From: a virus
Length of the DNA: 64,000 nt
Virus record (IMG/VR): IMGVR_UViG_3300008266_000033
Location: 64,412 to 128,411 of that record
Strand: one strand, 5' to 3'
The notes under the pieces are model-generated. The model had not been told where the DNA came from. It made no database searches and worked only from the letters and a program-made list of their open reading frames with translations. A program made the position numbers and the translations under genes. Positions 20,721-31,498 of the stretch are shown piece after piece (within the stretch, counting starts at the first letter, position 1; every line of letters starts with the position of its first letter).

Positions 20721-20972
20721 TTATTGAGAAGATATAAACTCGCCTTTAGCTAAATCTATAGAACCTTCACCATATTTTTCTTGTAATGTTTTTGCTAAAT
20801 TTATCTCAGTTTGTTTTAAATTAAGTATTTGTTTTTTTAAACTTTCTTTTTCTAATTCAATTTGATGAAATTGAAATTCACATTGTCCGAATTTAATAAT
20901 TAATTCAGAACGTTTTTGTTCTAAATTTTTTAATTGAGAGATCTCTTCTTGTGTTAAAACTTTTGTTGTCAT
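20721..20972 (-). CDS. small coiled-coil protein
   Basis: 83 aa with heptad pattern, ends KYGEGSIDLAKGEF. Confidence 0.7.
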   Translation of the reverse strand: MTTKVLTQEEISQLKNLEQKRSELIIKFGQCEFQFHQIELEKESLKKQILNLKQTEINLAKTLQEKYGEGSIDLAKGEFISSQ

Positions 20973-20985
20973 AAATTTTTATTTG

Positions 20986-22620
20986 TTAATTAAATGATGA
21001 TGAACGCCAAGCGGTTCCATTATAAATATATAAAAGATTTGTAGAAGGGTTAAAATACATAGAACCTGTTTTAGGAGAGGATGGGTTGTTTGTATTGGTT
21101 GGTATCATAATAGAGCCTGATAAATTAGTATCTACATCTACTGTAAAACCATCTTTTCTAGTAGTATTATTACCTATACCAACTATGAATGAAGAACTAA
21201 CATTACCTTGAACATTATAAGAACCAAATACTGTTTGGCTTGAGCCCGAGGCTATTGTGTTAAATCCCCCAGCATGTGAATAATCTCCTAATGCTATTGT
21301 TCCAGTTCCTTCGGCGTGTGAATAATCTCCTATTGCTTGAGTACCAAATCCTTCAGCATGTGAACCATCTCCTGTTGTTGCAGAGCCTTTTCCTTCAGCA
21401 TGTGAGTAAGCTCCATTTGTTGTAGTAGCTTCTCCTTCGGCATGTGAACGAAGACCTATTGCTAAAGTACTGTATCCTTCAGCATGTGAATAATCTCCTC
21501 TTGCTTCTGTACCAGTTCCTTCAGCATGTGAATAATCTCCTCTTGCTTCTGTACCAGTTCCTTCAGCATGTGAATTAATACCCGTTGCTAAAGTATTATA
21601 TCCTTCGGCATGTGAATAATTACCAAATGATATTGTATTTTCTCCTTCAGCGTGTGAAAATGCTCCTATTGCTATTGTAGCAGATCCTTCAGCATGAGAC
21701 CAATCTGCTAATGTTACTGTATTACCTCCTTCAGCATGTGAATAGGATCCTAATGTAAGACTAGTATTTCCTTCAGCATGTGAATAAGCTGCAGATGATA
21801 TTGTTTGATCACCTGTCCAATTTTTTACTCCATATATTAAATCACCTACATAAGCTGTAGTTGTATTAATTAAAGAAGTATATAATTCAATTATTGTTTC
21901 TGTAGTATAATATGATTGACTTATTTTAAATGATGTTATTCCATAATTATTATCAAATAGGGCATCATATACTAACAATTGATTATTTGTAATAAACTCA
22001 CCACTAACATCTCCATAAGCCGCAGATAATGTTACTATGCCACTTGATATTGATGCTGAGTATGCGGTGTTTGTGCCTGTGAGAGAGGATCTTCCTTCGG
22101 CATGTGAATAATCTCCTAAAGTTAATGTTAATCCTCCTTCTGCATGTGAGTAAGAGCCTGAAGCTATTGTACTATTTCCTTCAGTATGAGAATAATTTCC
22201 AAAAGCTACTGTTGATGATCCTTCAGCATGTGACCAATGTCCTTTAGCTTGAGCATCATTTCCTTCAGCATGTGATGCATCTCCTATTGCATCTGTATCT
22301 GCTCCTTGAGCAAAAGAATATTGACCTGATGCTACAACATTTGTATCTCCAAATTGTAAAGATTGACTAGCTGCTATAAATGTAAAACTAACATCTCCAC
22401 CAAATGCTCCTCCATTATTGAATTGAACTTGTGTATTTGAACCACCTGGTGTTCCACTACCACCTCCACCTACTGCGGTTGAAGTAGTATAACTAATGAC
22501 ACCTGAAGCAGAATTATAAACTAATATATTAGTTAATGATGATGCTGTGGGTAAATTATTTAATAATAAAGAAGCTGTTGAACTTCCACTAATTATAATA
22601 TCTGATGTTATTAATCCCAT
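20986..22620 (-). CDS. tail fibre/adhesin with YadA-head-like 14-aa SHAEG repeats
   Basis: 18 xSH(A/T)(E/G)G repeats; probable true start at ATG 22620 (MGLITSD), not 22680. Confidence 0.8.
   Translation of the reverse strand: MGLITSDIIISGSSTASLLLNNLPTASSLTNILVYNSASGVISYTTSTAVGGGGSGTPGGSNTQVQFNNGGAFGGDVSFTFIAASQSLQFGDTNVVASGQYSFAQGADTDAIGDASHAEGNDAQAKGHWSHAEGSSTVAFGNYSHTEGNSTIASGSYSHAEGGLTLTLGDYSHAEGRSSLTGTNTAYSASISSGIVTLSAAYGDVSGEFITNNQLLVYDALFDNNYGITSFKISQSYYTTETIIELYTSLINTTTAYVGDLIYGVKNWTGDQTISSAAYSHAEGNTSLTLGSYSHAEGGNTVTLADWSHAEGSATIAIGAFSHAEGENTISFGNYSHAEGYNTLATGINSHAEGTGTEARGDYSHAEGTGTEARGDYSHAEGYSTLAIGLRSHAEGEATTTNGAYSHAEGKGSATTGDGSHAEGFGTQAIGDYSHAEGTGTIALGDYSHAGGFNTIASGSSQTVFGSYNVQGNVSSSFIVGIGNNTTRKDGFTVDVDTNLSGSIMIPTNTNNPSSPKTGSMYFNPSTNLLYIYNGTAWRSSSFN
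21475..21575. repeat. exact 42-bp tandem duplication within the SHAEG array
   Basis: tccttcagcatgtgaataatctcctcttgcttctgtaccagt x2 plus a partial third copy. Confidence 0.85.
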
Positions 22621-22639
22621 TTTTTCATTTATTTTTTTA

Positions 22640-24304
22640 TTATGGTGTAACAGTTGTTCCTCCTGAATATGAGGTTCCATTCCATTTTTGGATAACTAAA
22701 TTTGCACCTGATGGAGCTATTCTCCAACTACCTACTGATCCACTAGCTCCTAAATATATAGCACAGTCATTTGATGTATTAGTAGATCCACTAGTTATTG
22801 TTAAACTTCCTGAAGTTACAATACTTCCTGAATTTGATAATATACCAGAAGGTACATCTAATGTCATTTTTTTAGTAGTTGAACCTAAAGTAAAACCACT
22901 ATCATAATGCCATTCAAATGAACTAGCTGCAGAAGTATTAAGAATTGAATTAATATATTTTATTGGTCTGTTTACATCTCCTGTAGAAATAGGATATACT
23001 GAAAAATTAGTACCTCCTGCAAAATAAGTATTAATAGTACTACTTTTTGGTAATGTTACTATTGCTGCTCTTGAACCAGTAATTCCATTTCCTGCATCAA
23101 CTTGAAAAGTAGTATATGCTGAGGATCCATTGTTTGTATTAACAATATCTGCTGATTGAAGACTATTTTGATTAGCAGTAATATTTAATGAACCAGTTAT
23201 TATAGCTGAACCTGTTACTATTAATGAACCTGTTAATCTTGCAGTATTGTTTGTATAATTAAATGTAAAATTACCTGAACCGCTAAAAGCTGATCCACTA
23301 TTAAATTGGATTTGAGTATCTGAACCACCAGGTGTAGTTGATGGTCCACCACCAGATCCAGTTGCAACTGTTAAGCTAAATTGATTACCATTGCCTTTTG
23401 TGAATGTAATTGTATTCGAGCTTACAGAAGCTGTTAAAAGAGCTGTAAGAGCATAAGAAGATGTCGTTGCAAAAGATGCTGTTCCTAATAATGAACCAGT
23501 AGCAATTAAATTTTCTAATGTTAATTGTCCGTTTATATTATTATAAGAACTACTAACTACCCCACCAAAAAGACCACCTCCTGCATTGTATTGAAGACTA
23601 TTTATGGGGGCAGATGATGCCCCAGATCCTGTTTTAGCTAATAAAGCTATAACTCCTGGTGTTGCATAACTTACCTCTAGGGTAGCTATATTTGAAGAAG
23701 ATATATTGATATATGAAGCACTGATTGCTTGAGAGGCTGATTGAGCCCATGAAGAAGTTCCTAATAATGAACCTGTAAATGATCCAGTAAATGAACCTGT
23801 TGCTCTTAATCCAAATGAAGAACTATAAACTAAATCAGGTACCCCTCCAAAAGCACTTCCACTATTATATTGAATTTCTGTTGGATTACCACCAGGTGTT
23901 GTTGGGCTTCCGCCACCTCCACCAGAACCTGTAGTATGGACTACACCAGTTGTAGTATCAACTACTAAAAATTTAGTTCCTGATGATTTATCAATTAATG
24001 AACCTGTTATAATAACATTACTACCTGAAACTACTAAAGCGTAATTTGAAGGATTTCCCATTTTAATTTGATTATCGGAAAATACTTCTAATATAGATAA
24101 ACCAGATATATTATTTACAGAAAATAATGAACCTGATAAGTTGTCCATTATTTTTAGAATTGAACCTGTAGTACCTACAAAATTTACTGAACCTGAAGGT
24201 TCAACTAATAAAACTATAGGGTTAGCTGCACTACCACTAAATTGCATTAATGATTGGCTAGGGATTATAAATATATCGTTGTTAGTATTCGATTGTAATG
24301 ACAT
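22640..24304 (-). CDS. Ser/Gly/Thr-rich tail fibre protein
   Basis: TGSFTGS and PGG.xTxIQ(Y/F)NSGSAF repeats; lies in the fibre cluster. Confidence 0.75.
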   Translation of the reverse strand: MSLQSNTNNDIFIIPSQSLMQFSGSAANPIVLLVEPSGSVNFVGTTGSILKIMDNLSGSLFSVNNISGLSILEVFSDNQIKMGNPSNYALVVSGSNVIITGSLIDKSSGTKFLVVDTTTGVVHTTGSGGGGGSPTTPGGNPTEIQYNSGSAFGGVPDLVYSSSFGLRATGSFTGSFTGSLLGTSSWAQSASQAISASYINISSSNIATLEVSYATPGVIALLAKTGSGASSAPINSLQYNAGGGLFGGVVSSSYNNINGQLTLENLIATGSLLGTASFATTSSYALTALLTASVSSNTITFTKGNGNQFSLTVATGSGGGPSTTPGGSDTQIQFNSGSAFSGSGNFTFNYTNNTARLTGSLIVTGSAIITGSLNITANQNSLQSADIVNTNNGSSAYTTFQVDAGNGITGSRAAIVTLPKSSTINTYFAGGTNFSVYPISTGDVNRPIKYINSILNTSAASSFEWHYDSGFTLGSTTKKMTLDVPSGILSNSGSIVTSGSLTITSGSTNTSNDCAIYLGASGSVGSWRIAPSGANLVIQKWNGTSYSGGTTVTP

Positions 24305-24325
24305 ATTATTATTTTGTTATAAATA

Positions 24326-25483
24326 TTATAAGGTTTGCCAAGGTCTAAATCTGTATCGATGAGCAAAATAATTTTGTTCTACTTCTTGTGGGGTTAATGC
24401 TCTGTTATAGACTTGAAATAAATAAAAATAGGCATCTGATTGGTATGCAGTTCCTAAAGCAGATGCTGGAGTAGGTCCATTTATTGATCCTTCTAATTGT
24501 CTATCAGTAGCACCAACCCAAGCACCTAAAGATAGTGCTGAATTACTTCCTAGATAATTTCCAGTAGTGCTAGCTCCTGAAACTGTATCCCCAACTGTTT
24601 TATATCCATTTACATAAAGTTTAACTCTTCCATTATTTGCAGGTTGAGTATAATCAAATGTTATACATACATTTATGGGTTCTTTATCAGGAATAGTATA
24701 TTGAGTATTAGTAATAATAATAGGTCTTCTTGTTGTTCCTCCTATAGATTGAGGATTTTCACTAAATTCAGCTCTTATATAATATGGATTAGTAGTAACA
24801 TTGGGTAAAGGAGTATCAGTAGTTTTATCCCATGCTGAAGGGAAAAATAAACCTATATAAAAATGTCTGTTTTCTCCTAAATTACTACCTATCCATCCTG
24901 GTCCTGATTCTACTATAATATTATCAGCATATTTAGCTACTAACATTGGAAAATTTCTACGAGGAAACCAATCTCTACTAGTAAGACCACTAGATATACT
25001 TTGGGCTATTTGTTTAGAATAATCTATTTCAAACCACAAGTTTATAGTAAAAGTAGGAGAAGTTCCTGTAGCTATATTTCCTCCTCCTCCTTGTGTGGTT
25101 CCTTTAATTGAACCTGTTCCTACAAATACATTATCTAATATTTTTCCAAAATTAACGAATGAACTACTCATAGGAGTATTTAAATCAGTTCCAGGGATTA
25201 CATAACTTGAACTAGCTTTTATATGAATTCTTCCTTGATCTATAGAATCCCATGAAGGAACTACTGCTACTGAACCAGATAAACTACCACTATAATTATT
25301 TTTAGTTAAATCATACCATATATCTCCTGAGCCTGGATAGCTTAAAGGATTAGCAGCATCTACATATAATACTAAACCATCGGAAACTTGTTTAGGTCCA
25401 TATGCTACTGATCCTGAGTGATTACTAAATAGACCACCAGAGGTAATTAAAACACTACCTGAGGCTGATGAAACTATAGACAT
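24326..25483 (-). CDS. LamG/concanavalin A-like lectin domain virion protein
   Basis: GLVLYVDAAN..SYPGSG..WYDL, KLYVNG, YNRALT..EV.QNY. Confidence 0.85.
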   Translation of the reverse strand: MSIVSSASGSVLITSGGLFSNHSGSVAYGPKQVSDGLVLYVDAANPLSYPGSGDIWYDLTKNNYSGSLSGSVAVVPSWDSIDQGRIHIKASSSYVIPGTDLNTPMSSSFVNFGKILDNVFVGTGSIKGTTQGGGGNIATGTSPTFTINLWFEIDYSKQIAQSISSGLTSRDWFPRRNFPMLVAKYADNIIVESGPGWIGSNLGENRHFYIGLFFPSAWDKTTDTPLPNVTTNPYYIRAEFSENPQSIGGTTRRPIIITNTQYTIPDKEPINVCITFDYTQPANNGRVKLYVNGYKTVGDTVSGASTTGNYLGSNSALSLGAWVGATDRQLEGSINGPTPASALGTAYQSDAYFYLFQVYNRALTPQEVEQNYFAHRYRFRPWQTL

Positions 25484-28000
25484 TTATAATATTGTTTTTA
25501 ATTTTGGAACATCTTTTCTTTCAGCAAATATTTGATAATGGAAATTAGGAGTTAATGTATTTGATCCTATAATAACTTTATTATCTATGATATCTAATAT
25601 ATGAAGATTTTGATATTCTCCAACACTAGTTAAATTAACTGTTATTGTATCTTGATCTATTAACCAACTCCATTCCTCAGGTAATTCAATTATGTGAGAA
25701 TTTGATTTACCTCTTACAAACACACTATGTTCTGGTCCTTCGGTTACACCATATTGTAGATATTTACCTTCTTGTGTTTTATGGGGTACAATAAATGATT
25801 TTGTTGTAGCACCGAATGAACCTGATACTTCTAATGTATATTCAGGAGTAATTTTATTTATACCTAATCTATTAGTACTAATATCCCAAAATACTCCTAT
25901 CTGATTACTTGCTGAAACAGGATATAATGATTGAGAGGTACTTCCTGAATAAAAAGATAAATATCCTGTAGGTCCTGGATTGATATAACTTGGTATATTA
26001 ATAGAGGCTGTTACTGGATCTGCTGAGTAGGTAACTGATACTCCAGATCCTGTAAATTCTATCATTCTGGAACTGGTTATATTAGAACCGGATTTAACTT
26101 TTACTCGTTGATATTCATCACTAGATGTATAATATAATTGTCCTGTAGTTGGATTATATGTTATTATATTTGAGATTGATGATGTTGTGGCCAATCCTGT
26201 GAAAAACACAGAACTGGTTGTATATAACGATGAAGAAAATACTGCCCCAGAAGACGATAATATATAAGTTCCTCCTGAGTTGCTAACTATTAAACTTCCT
26301 GTTAATTGTACTTGATTTGAGGAAGATATAAAATTAAATGTTGTTGCACCAGCAGGTGATGAACCACTATTATATTGAATATTTCCATTAACTCCTGCAG
26401 TGCCTGGTATATGGATAGATGCTGTGTTTGTATTTACTTGAGTTGGAACAACTCCACTTCCTGAAAATAAAAACGATGAAGCGGTTGGAACTAATGAATT
26501 ATTAGAGGTACTTTGAACTGAAGGTAAACCTGAAGGAGAAGATATAGTAATAGTTGCTGTTCCTGAAGAGGTAGCAACTGTTGCTCCTACAAAATTAATA
26601 GTTGTATTTGAACCTTTATTAGCTCCATTATCTTGAATTATTACACCACTGGTTGCTGGGATAAAAATACTTGCTGTATTTCCAACTACTGAAACTGTAG
26701 ATACTCCTGAACCTGAGAAATTTAATAGTTTAACTATATTTGAGGAGTCAACAGCACCATCTTTAGCTACTTTCATTGTTCCATCAATAGTAGCAACATT
26801 TCCTGCCACACTAACATCTAAATTATCAGCAAAATTTAATGTAAATGCTGAACCTTCACCACTTCCTCCATCTTGGATTTGAACCCCTCCTAAAATACTA
26901 CTAGAAACTGATATAGTTGCAACTCCTCCTACTACACTAGCAGTAATAAAATCAGTAAAATTTAAAGTAACTGCTTGATTGGTAACACCCCCATCATCTT
27001 GAACTCCAACAGTACCATTTATTCTAATATTAGGAGTATAATTTATATAATCAATTTCAATATTAGAATTTCCAGTTAAAGGAACATATGAAGCGGTAAG
27101 TGCTCTAGAAGCAGTACTTGCAAAAGAAGCTGTTCCAAATAATGATCCACTGAATGAGCCAGTAAATGAACCTGTTGCTATTGTATTAAATAAAGTTGTT
27201 TGTCCACCTGATACTATTAAACTTCCAGTAATTGTTTGATTTCCATTAAATTGATTAGAGGATGTAGTGGCAAATGCCCCAGTTTGTGCAACTAACAAAT
27301 ATGGAGACAACATTGAAGATGTTTGAGCTATAAGTAGATATCCACTTAAATCTGGGGGTGTTAATGCACTAGTACTTTGGGTGTAAAATAATTGTCCTGT
27401 AGTGTTGTCATAGGTTAAAATATAACCACCACCTACTCCTTGTGTTAAACCTGGAAGATTTGTTGAACCCGTAACAGTTAAATTACCTGAGATGATCTGG
27501 TTTCCTCTAAAAATATTAGAAGCAGTTGTAGCAAATGCCCCAGTTTGAGCTATCAATAGATAAGGAGCTAACATCGAAGATGTTTGAGCTATCAATAGAT
27601 AAGGCCCCAACATTGATGCTGTTTGATTTACTAATAAGTAATTTCCTAATAATCCTGCGCTTGAAGTAGTATAAATTTTGCCAGTTGATGAATCGTATGT
27701 TACAAAATTAGTTGCTGTAGCAGAAGTACCTAAACTATCTATTATTAATTCAGCTGAGCTTCCTGAAAGTAAAAATGTATTATTATTAAATTGTTTTCCA
27801 TTTACAACTAATTTATATACAGGAGATGGATTGATAGTATTAATACCAACATTTCTAGAGGCACTAACATATAAAATTCCTAACCCTGCATTAATATCAT
27901 AACCAGTAGTCCCGCTTAAACCATCAATAATTCTATAAACGTGTTCATCATAAATTATCTGACCATCGACAATACCACCAGAAGGAATATAATTTGGCAT
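25484..28000 (-). CDS. long tail fibre with C-terminal intramolecular chaperone/autocleavage-like domain
   Basis: VGINT..P...L.V.G fibre motifs, repeated xQDxG..xxTLNF units, C-terminal KSFIVPH...EGPE...IELP..W...AERKD. Confidence 0.78.
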   Translation of the reverse strand: MPNYIPSGGIVDGQIIYDEHVYRIIDGLSGTTGYDINAGLGILYVSASRNVGINTINPSPVYKLVVNGKQFNNNTFLLSGSSAELIIDSLGTSATATNFVTYDSSTGKIYTTSSAGLLGNYLLVNQTASMLGPYLLIAQTSSMLAPYLLIAQTGAFATTASNIFRGNQIISGNLTVTGSTNLPGLTQGVGGGYILTYDNTTGQLFYTQSTSALTPPDLSGYLLIAQTSSMLSPYLLVAQTGAFATTSSNQFNGNQTITGSLIVSGGQTTLFNTIATGSFTGSFSGSLFGTASFASTASRALTASYVPLTGNSNIEIDYINYTPNIRINGTVGVQDDGGVTNQAVTLNFTDFITASVVGGVATISVSSSILGGVQIQDGGSGEGSAFTLNFADNLDVSVAGNVATIDGTMKVAKDGAVDSSNIVKLLNFSGSGVSTVSVVGNTASIFIPATSGVIIQDNGANKGSNTTINFVGATVATSSGTATITISSPSGLPSVQSTSNNSLVPTASSFLFSGSGVVPTQVNTNTASIHIPGTAGVNGNIQYNSGSSPAGATTFNFISSSNQVQLTGSLIVSNSGGTYILSSSGAVFSSSLYTTSSVFFTGLATTSSISNIITYNPTTGQLYYTSSDEYQRVKVKSGSNITSSRMIEFTGSGVSVTYSADPVTASINIPSYINPGPTGYLSFYSGSTSQSLYPVSASNQIGVFWDISTNRLGINKITPEYTLEVSGSFGATTKSFIVPHKTQEGKYLQYGVTEGPEHSVFVRGKSNSHIIELPEEWSWLIDQDTITVNLTSVGEYQNLHILDIIDNKVIIGSNTLTPNFHYQIFAERKDVPKLKTIL

Positions 28001-28024
28001 ATTTTTATTTTTTTATTATAAATA

Positions 28025-28891
28025 TTAAGATTTAATGTTTTTAATATCAGAAACCACTTCTGTTGTAAAAGTTAATTTAGATCTATTAGAGAATTTTTTA
28101 ATAGAATTCAAATCTTTTTGTATTACATCAGGAATTAAATACCCAGCTAATTTAAAAGTAAAAGTACATTTAACTATCCTATCTTCAGTTTCTGAAACTT
28201 CTATAGTATCAGTAAATGAATCTATTGTAACCTTAAATTTAAAACGTTCAGGCTCACCCCAATAAGAATCTGATGCGTATTGCATCATTTCTATTAATTT
28301 ATTCATCTGTTCTACATAATATGTAAACATTACACATTCATATGTTGCTGTAACAAAATCAGGAACAACAACAGCATAATATGTTTCTTCAGGAATAGTA
28401 TTATTTAAAATAGAAAAATTATCATAATAATTTTTAGGAGAATATTTTTTTACTGAAACACCATAATTAATGGGATTATTAGCATCTAATTTATTTGTAA
28501 CTGTTCTATTTTTATCTAAAGATGTTCTTTTAAATACTATTAAAGGACTCATTCCTTTACCTTTTAAATCTCTATAATACCCATCTTTTTGATATGATTT
28601 CCATTTTTCAGGGGAGCCATAAATTATAGGTACAGGAATTCTTTGTTCATTTTGTAAAACAGAAGGTTTTATAATATTTTCAAAATAATAAAATACAGCT
28701 TCATCTAAATCTTGTATATTGATACTAAAAGGTTTTGTTGTATCTCCTTTAAATGAAGTTTGTAAAGCTCTATTATTTTTGTCAGGTACAGAATCATTAG
28801 GATTCCCTGATTCTTTATCATAAGCAGTATGTTGACCTATTGATATTTCTTTTTGAGTTTTAGGAATAGGTTTACGTCCTTGTTGTGCCAT
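28025..28891 (-). CDS. tail sheath stabiliser/terminator (gp15-like)
   Basis: VPIIYGSPEKW, P.IVFKR, F.F.L.GYL.P; follows the neck genes. Confidence 0.7.
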   Translation of the reverse strand: MAQQGRKPIPKTQKEISIGQHTAYDKESGNPNDSVPDKNNRALQTSFKGDTTKPFSINIQDLDEAVFYYFENIIKPSVLQNEQRIPVPIIYGSPEKWKSYQKDGYYRDLKGKGMSPLIVFKRTSLDKNRTVTNKLDANNPINYGVSVKKYSPKNYYDNFSILNNTIPEETYYAVVVPDFVTATYECVMFTYYVEQMNKLIEMMQYASDSYWGEPERFKFKVTIDSFTDTIEVSETEDRIVKCTFTFKLAGYLIPDVIQKDLNSIKKFSNRSKLTFTTEVVSDIKNIKS

Positions 28892-29400
28892 TATAATCTA
28901 GTTTTATCAATATTATATTTATCAGCAGGAACATAATGAGTTTTACATATAATAGATACATCCCAACCAAAATTAGATAATCCTGGGTTTAATGGGTTTG
29001 TTTCATTTGGGAAATCGGGATCTTTACCTACAAATAATTGATTATTAATTATAGTATCTACTTCAAAATAACCTTCTTGATACATAATAACATCACCAAT
29101 TTCAGGGAGTACATTTGCTATTTTTAGATCATCTAATAGGAAAGCAAAATTAGCCCCCCAAATTAAATCAACACCAAACCCATTAGTTGGATAAGATTGA
29201 TCATTTCTTTCAACTAAACAATTAAGTAATACTGGAGGGTTAAAATATTTATTTTGAGCAGCTTCCCCATAAATATTAGTTTTAGTTTTTTCTAAAATAT
29301 ATTTATAATATGCTGCTTGTTGAGTAATGATATCTCCCATTAACTCTCGGTTAATATATCTAAATACAGAAATATCTCTAGATGAGCCAAATAATGCCAT
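28891..29400 (-). CDS. neck/head-closure protein (gp14-like)
   Basis: NIYGEA, PEIGD.I.Y...YFEV; synteny. Confidence 0.7.
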   Translation of the reverse strand: MALFGSSRDISVFRYINRELMGDIITQQAAYYKYILEKTKTNIYGEAAQNKYFNPPVLLNCLVERNDQSYPTNGFGVDLIWGANFAFLLDDLKIANVLPEIGDVIMYQEGYFEVDTIINNQLFVGKDPDFPNETNPLNPGLSNFGWDVSIICKTHYVPADKYNIDKTRL

Positions 29401-29401
29401 A

Positions 29402-30559
29402 TTATCCTATATATATTGTTAATGGTACTTTATTTAATTCTTGAATTCTAAAGTCACTTTCATCTTTTCTTCTTTCCAATAATGCTTTATTAGAAGTCTC
29501 ATCAAGATAAGTTCTTAATCTTTCAATTAAAGCTGTTCTTTCATTAGCTGCGGCTGAAATTAAATCAGCAGCATTTAACCTAACTTCACTATTAGGAATG
29601 GGTACATTATCGTATTTACCTCTAACATATCCTAACATTTCTTTACATAATGCTAAAGTATATTCAAAAATCCACGATCTACCAACTGAATTTATTTGGG
29701 TATAAGTAGGATTAGTATAAGGTACATTAGATACATTAGTTATACCACTTCCACTTCCAGGATATGTAATTGAATTTAATAATCTATCTTCAGTTTTAAT
29801 ATATCTAAACCAAAGATTATGATGATTTCGTGGAATAGGAAATATTTTTAATCGATTATTTATAATTTCAAATGTATAATTAGATAATCGGATTTGCTCA
29901 CTCATTTCTAATTGTTGTAAAACCTGCATATCATAATTTACAGGTGACATTAGAAAATTCAATGCTGGGCTAAAACTACCAAATCCAAATGAATTAATAG
30001 CATTAGCAGCTCCAAATCCTGAACCTAATCCAGCATAAGGATCATAAAATCTAGTTAATGCAGGAGGTGCTTGATAAAATACTTGTTTTATTTCTATAGG
30101 ACTAGTAATACTTTGCGAAACAGCCCATTCATTTAAATCATATTCTTGAACTCCTGGTTGTAAATGTAATGAACCTGAATACCATGTTACATTTCCACCA
30201 ACACCAGCCTCTGCTCCATATTGTTCAGATATTTTAATTACATTGGCTAAATTAGGAGTAATTAATGCATTATTTAATGAAACTATATCTTCTGTGGGGG
30301 TACCATCTAAGGTCAAAATATTATCCCTAACTTTATAGGCATATAATTCATTACCATAAGTAGTAACAGCCATTTCAAAAGCTGTATAAAAATTTATATT
30401 CTGTAGTTCAACTTCCATTATAGGATATCCTAAACGTTGAGCACAGAATTTAGCTACTTTATCTGCATCTAATTGAAATTGGAGATCAGTATCATAAAAT
30501 CCAAAAGGAGTATCTCCTATAGAAAATGAACTAGATCCAGGCCAAATAGGTTTGTTCAT
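29402..30559 (-). CDS. neck protein (gp13-like)
   Basis: RLGYP..EVEL, WIFEYTLAL.KE.LG.VRGKY, ends P..IYIG. Confidence 0.8.
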   Translation of the reverse strand: MNKPIWPGSSSFSIGDTPFGFYDTDLQFQLDADKVAKFCAQRLGYPIMEVELQNINFYTAFEMAVTTYGNELYAYKVRDNILTLDGTPTEDIVSLNNALITPNLANVIKISEQYGAEAGVGGNVTWYSGSLHLQPGVQEYDLNEWAVSQSITSPIEIKQVFYQAPPALTRFYDPYAGLGSGFGAANAINSFGFGSFSPALNFLMSPVNYDMQVLQQLEMSEQIRLSNYTFEIINNRLKIFPIPRNHHNLWFRYIKTEDRLLNSITYPGSGSGITNVSNVPYTNPTYTQINSVGRSWIFEYTLALCKEMLGYVRGKYDNVPIPNSEVRLNAADLISAAANERTALIERLRTYLDETSNKALLERRKDESDFRIQELNKVPLTIYIG

Positions 30560-30581
30560 GGCGGTTTTTGTTATAAATATG

Positions 30582-30613
30582 AAAAAAAGAAGGCTCGTCT
30601 AATTGACGAGCCC
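30582..30613 (-). terminator. intrinsic terminator
   Basis: GGCTCGTC-AATTA-GACGAGCC followed by TTCTTTTTTT. Confidence 0.8.
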
Positions 30614-30632
30614 TTATATAAATATATATTTT

Positions 30633-30959
30633 TTAAACTAATGAACCTGATCTCCAAGCTCCTCCTAACCAAACAAACATTTTATAACCGCCAGAACCAC
30701 TTCCAAACAAAAATTGACCTTCTGAGCCATTAAATGTAGGAGCAATCCCTGATAATGAAGCTGTTGGAGTTAATAAAGCCCCAAAAACATTATTTATAGT
30801 TAATAATCCTGAAATATCAGTAGATCCTGTAATTATTAAAGATCCTGAGGTGGTGAAAGAACCAGTTACAGCATGTGAACCAGTAAAATATTCAAAATTA
30901 GCATCTAATTCTTGAATTGTTAATGCTGAACCTTTGGTTTGTCTGTATGTTAGTGCCAT
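30633..30959 (-). CDS. short fibre-like virion protein
   Basis: R..KGSALT..ELDANF N-terminus, TGS repeats, VW.GGAW C-terminus like the other fibres. Confidence 0.65.
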   Translation of the reverse strand: MALTYRQTKGSALTIQELDANFEYFTGSHAVTGSFTTSGSLIITGSTDISGLLTINNVFGALLTPTASLSGIAPTFNGSEGQFLFGSGSGGYKMFVWLGGAWRSGSLV

Positions 30960-30984
30960 TTTTTTGTTATAAATATTAAAGGGT

Positions 30985-31470
30985 TTATGAAGATGCTACT
31001 ACATATTCAAGTTGAATGTTAGAACCAGATGCTTTTGCTTTTACAGTATCATAATAATAAAAATTAGAATAATATGTTTCATCAACATAATTTTCAACTA
31101 CATAATCATTAGTTGATGAAGCATTAAATTCAGCATTACTTAACATTAATGATTTTTTAGAATCTAATTGAAAAATTGAACTTTCATTACCTGTAGAAAT
31201 CAAGTATATTTCAGCTGATCCAGTAGAAGATAAATTAGTAATTCTTATATATTTTACTTGATCCTTTACAAAAGATCCTGCAGTTTGTTGTTCTTCACTA
31301 TCTACAAATTTTAAAATTTCAATCCCTGAACCACTAAAAGTTGTTGATATAGTATCAACTCTTTTTACCATTTGATTAACGCCCGATATTGTAACAGTAT
31401 TTAAAGATGTTTCAATATTTTTATTAGGTAAAGTAATTTGTTCTGAGATGATAATTTTTAAATCAGACAT
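30985..31470 (-). CDS. hypothetical (putative structural) protein
   Basis: 161-aa beta-rich ORF containing YIRITNL. Confidence 0.65.
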   Translation of the reverse strand: MSDLKIIISEQITLPNKNIETSLNTVTISGVNQMVKRVDTISTTFSGSGIEILKFVDSEEQQTAGSFVKDQVKYIRITNLSSTGSAEIYLISTGNESSIFQLDSKKSLMLSNAEFNASSTNDYVVENYVDETYYSNFYYYDTVKAKASGSNIQLEYVVASS

Positions 31471-31498
31471 GGTGTTTTTATAATAAATATGATAAGAA

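Noticed and set aside
21020-21029. Additional ATATTTATAA copy near the end of the SHAEG fibre gene
   Set aside because: Lies in coding sequence (LYIYN) and further from the next ATG than the other copies; may be chance, so it was not counted.
21260-22280. Regularly spaced ccttcagcatgtga units as a CRISPR array or DGR template/variable repeats
   Set aside because: They encode the in-frame 14-aa SHAEG protein repeat; no adenine-specific mismatch pattern and no reverse transcriptase in view.
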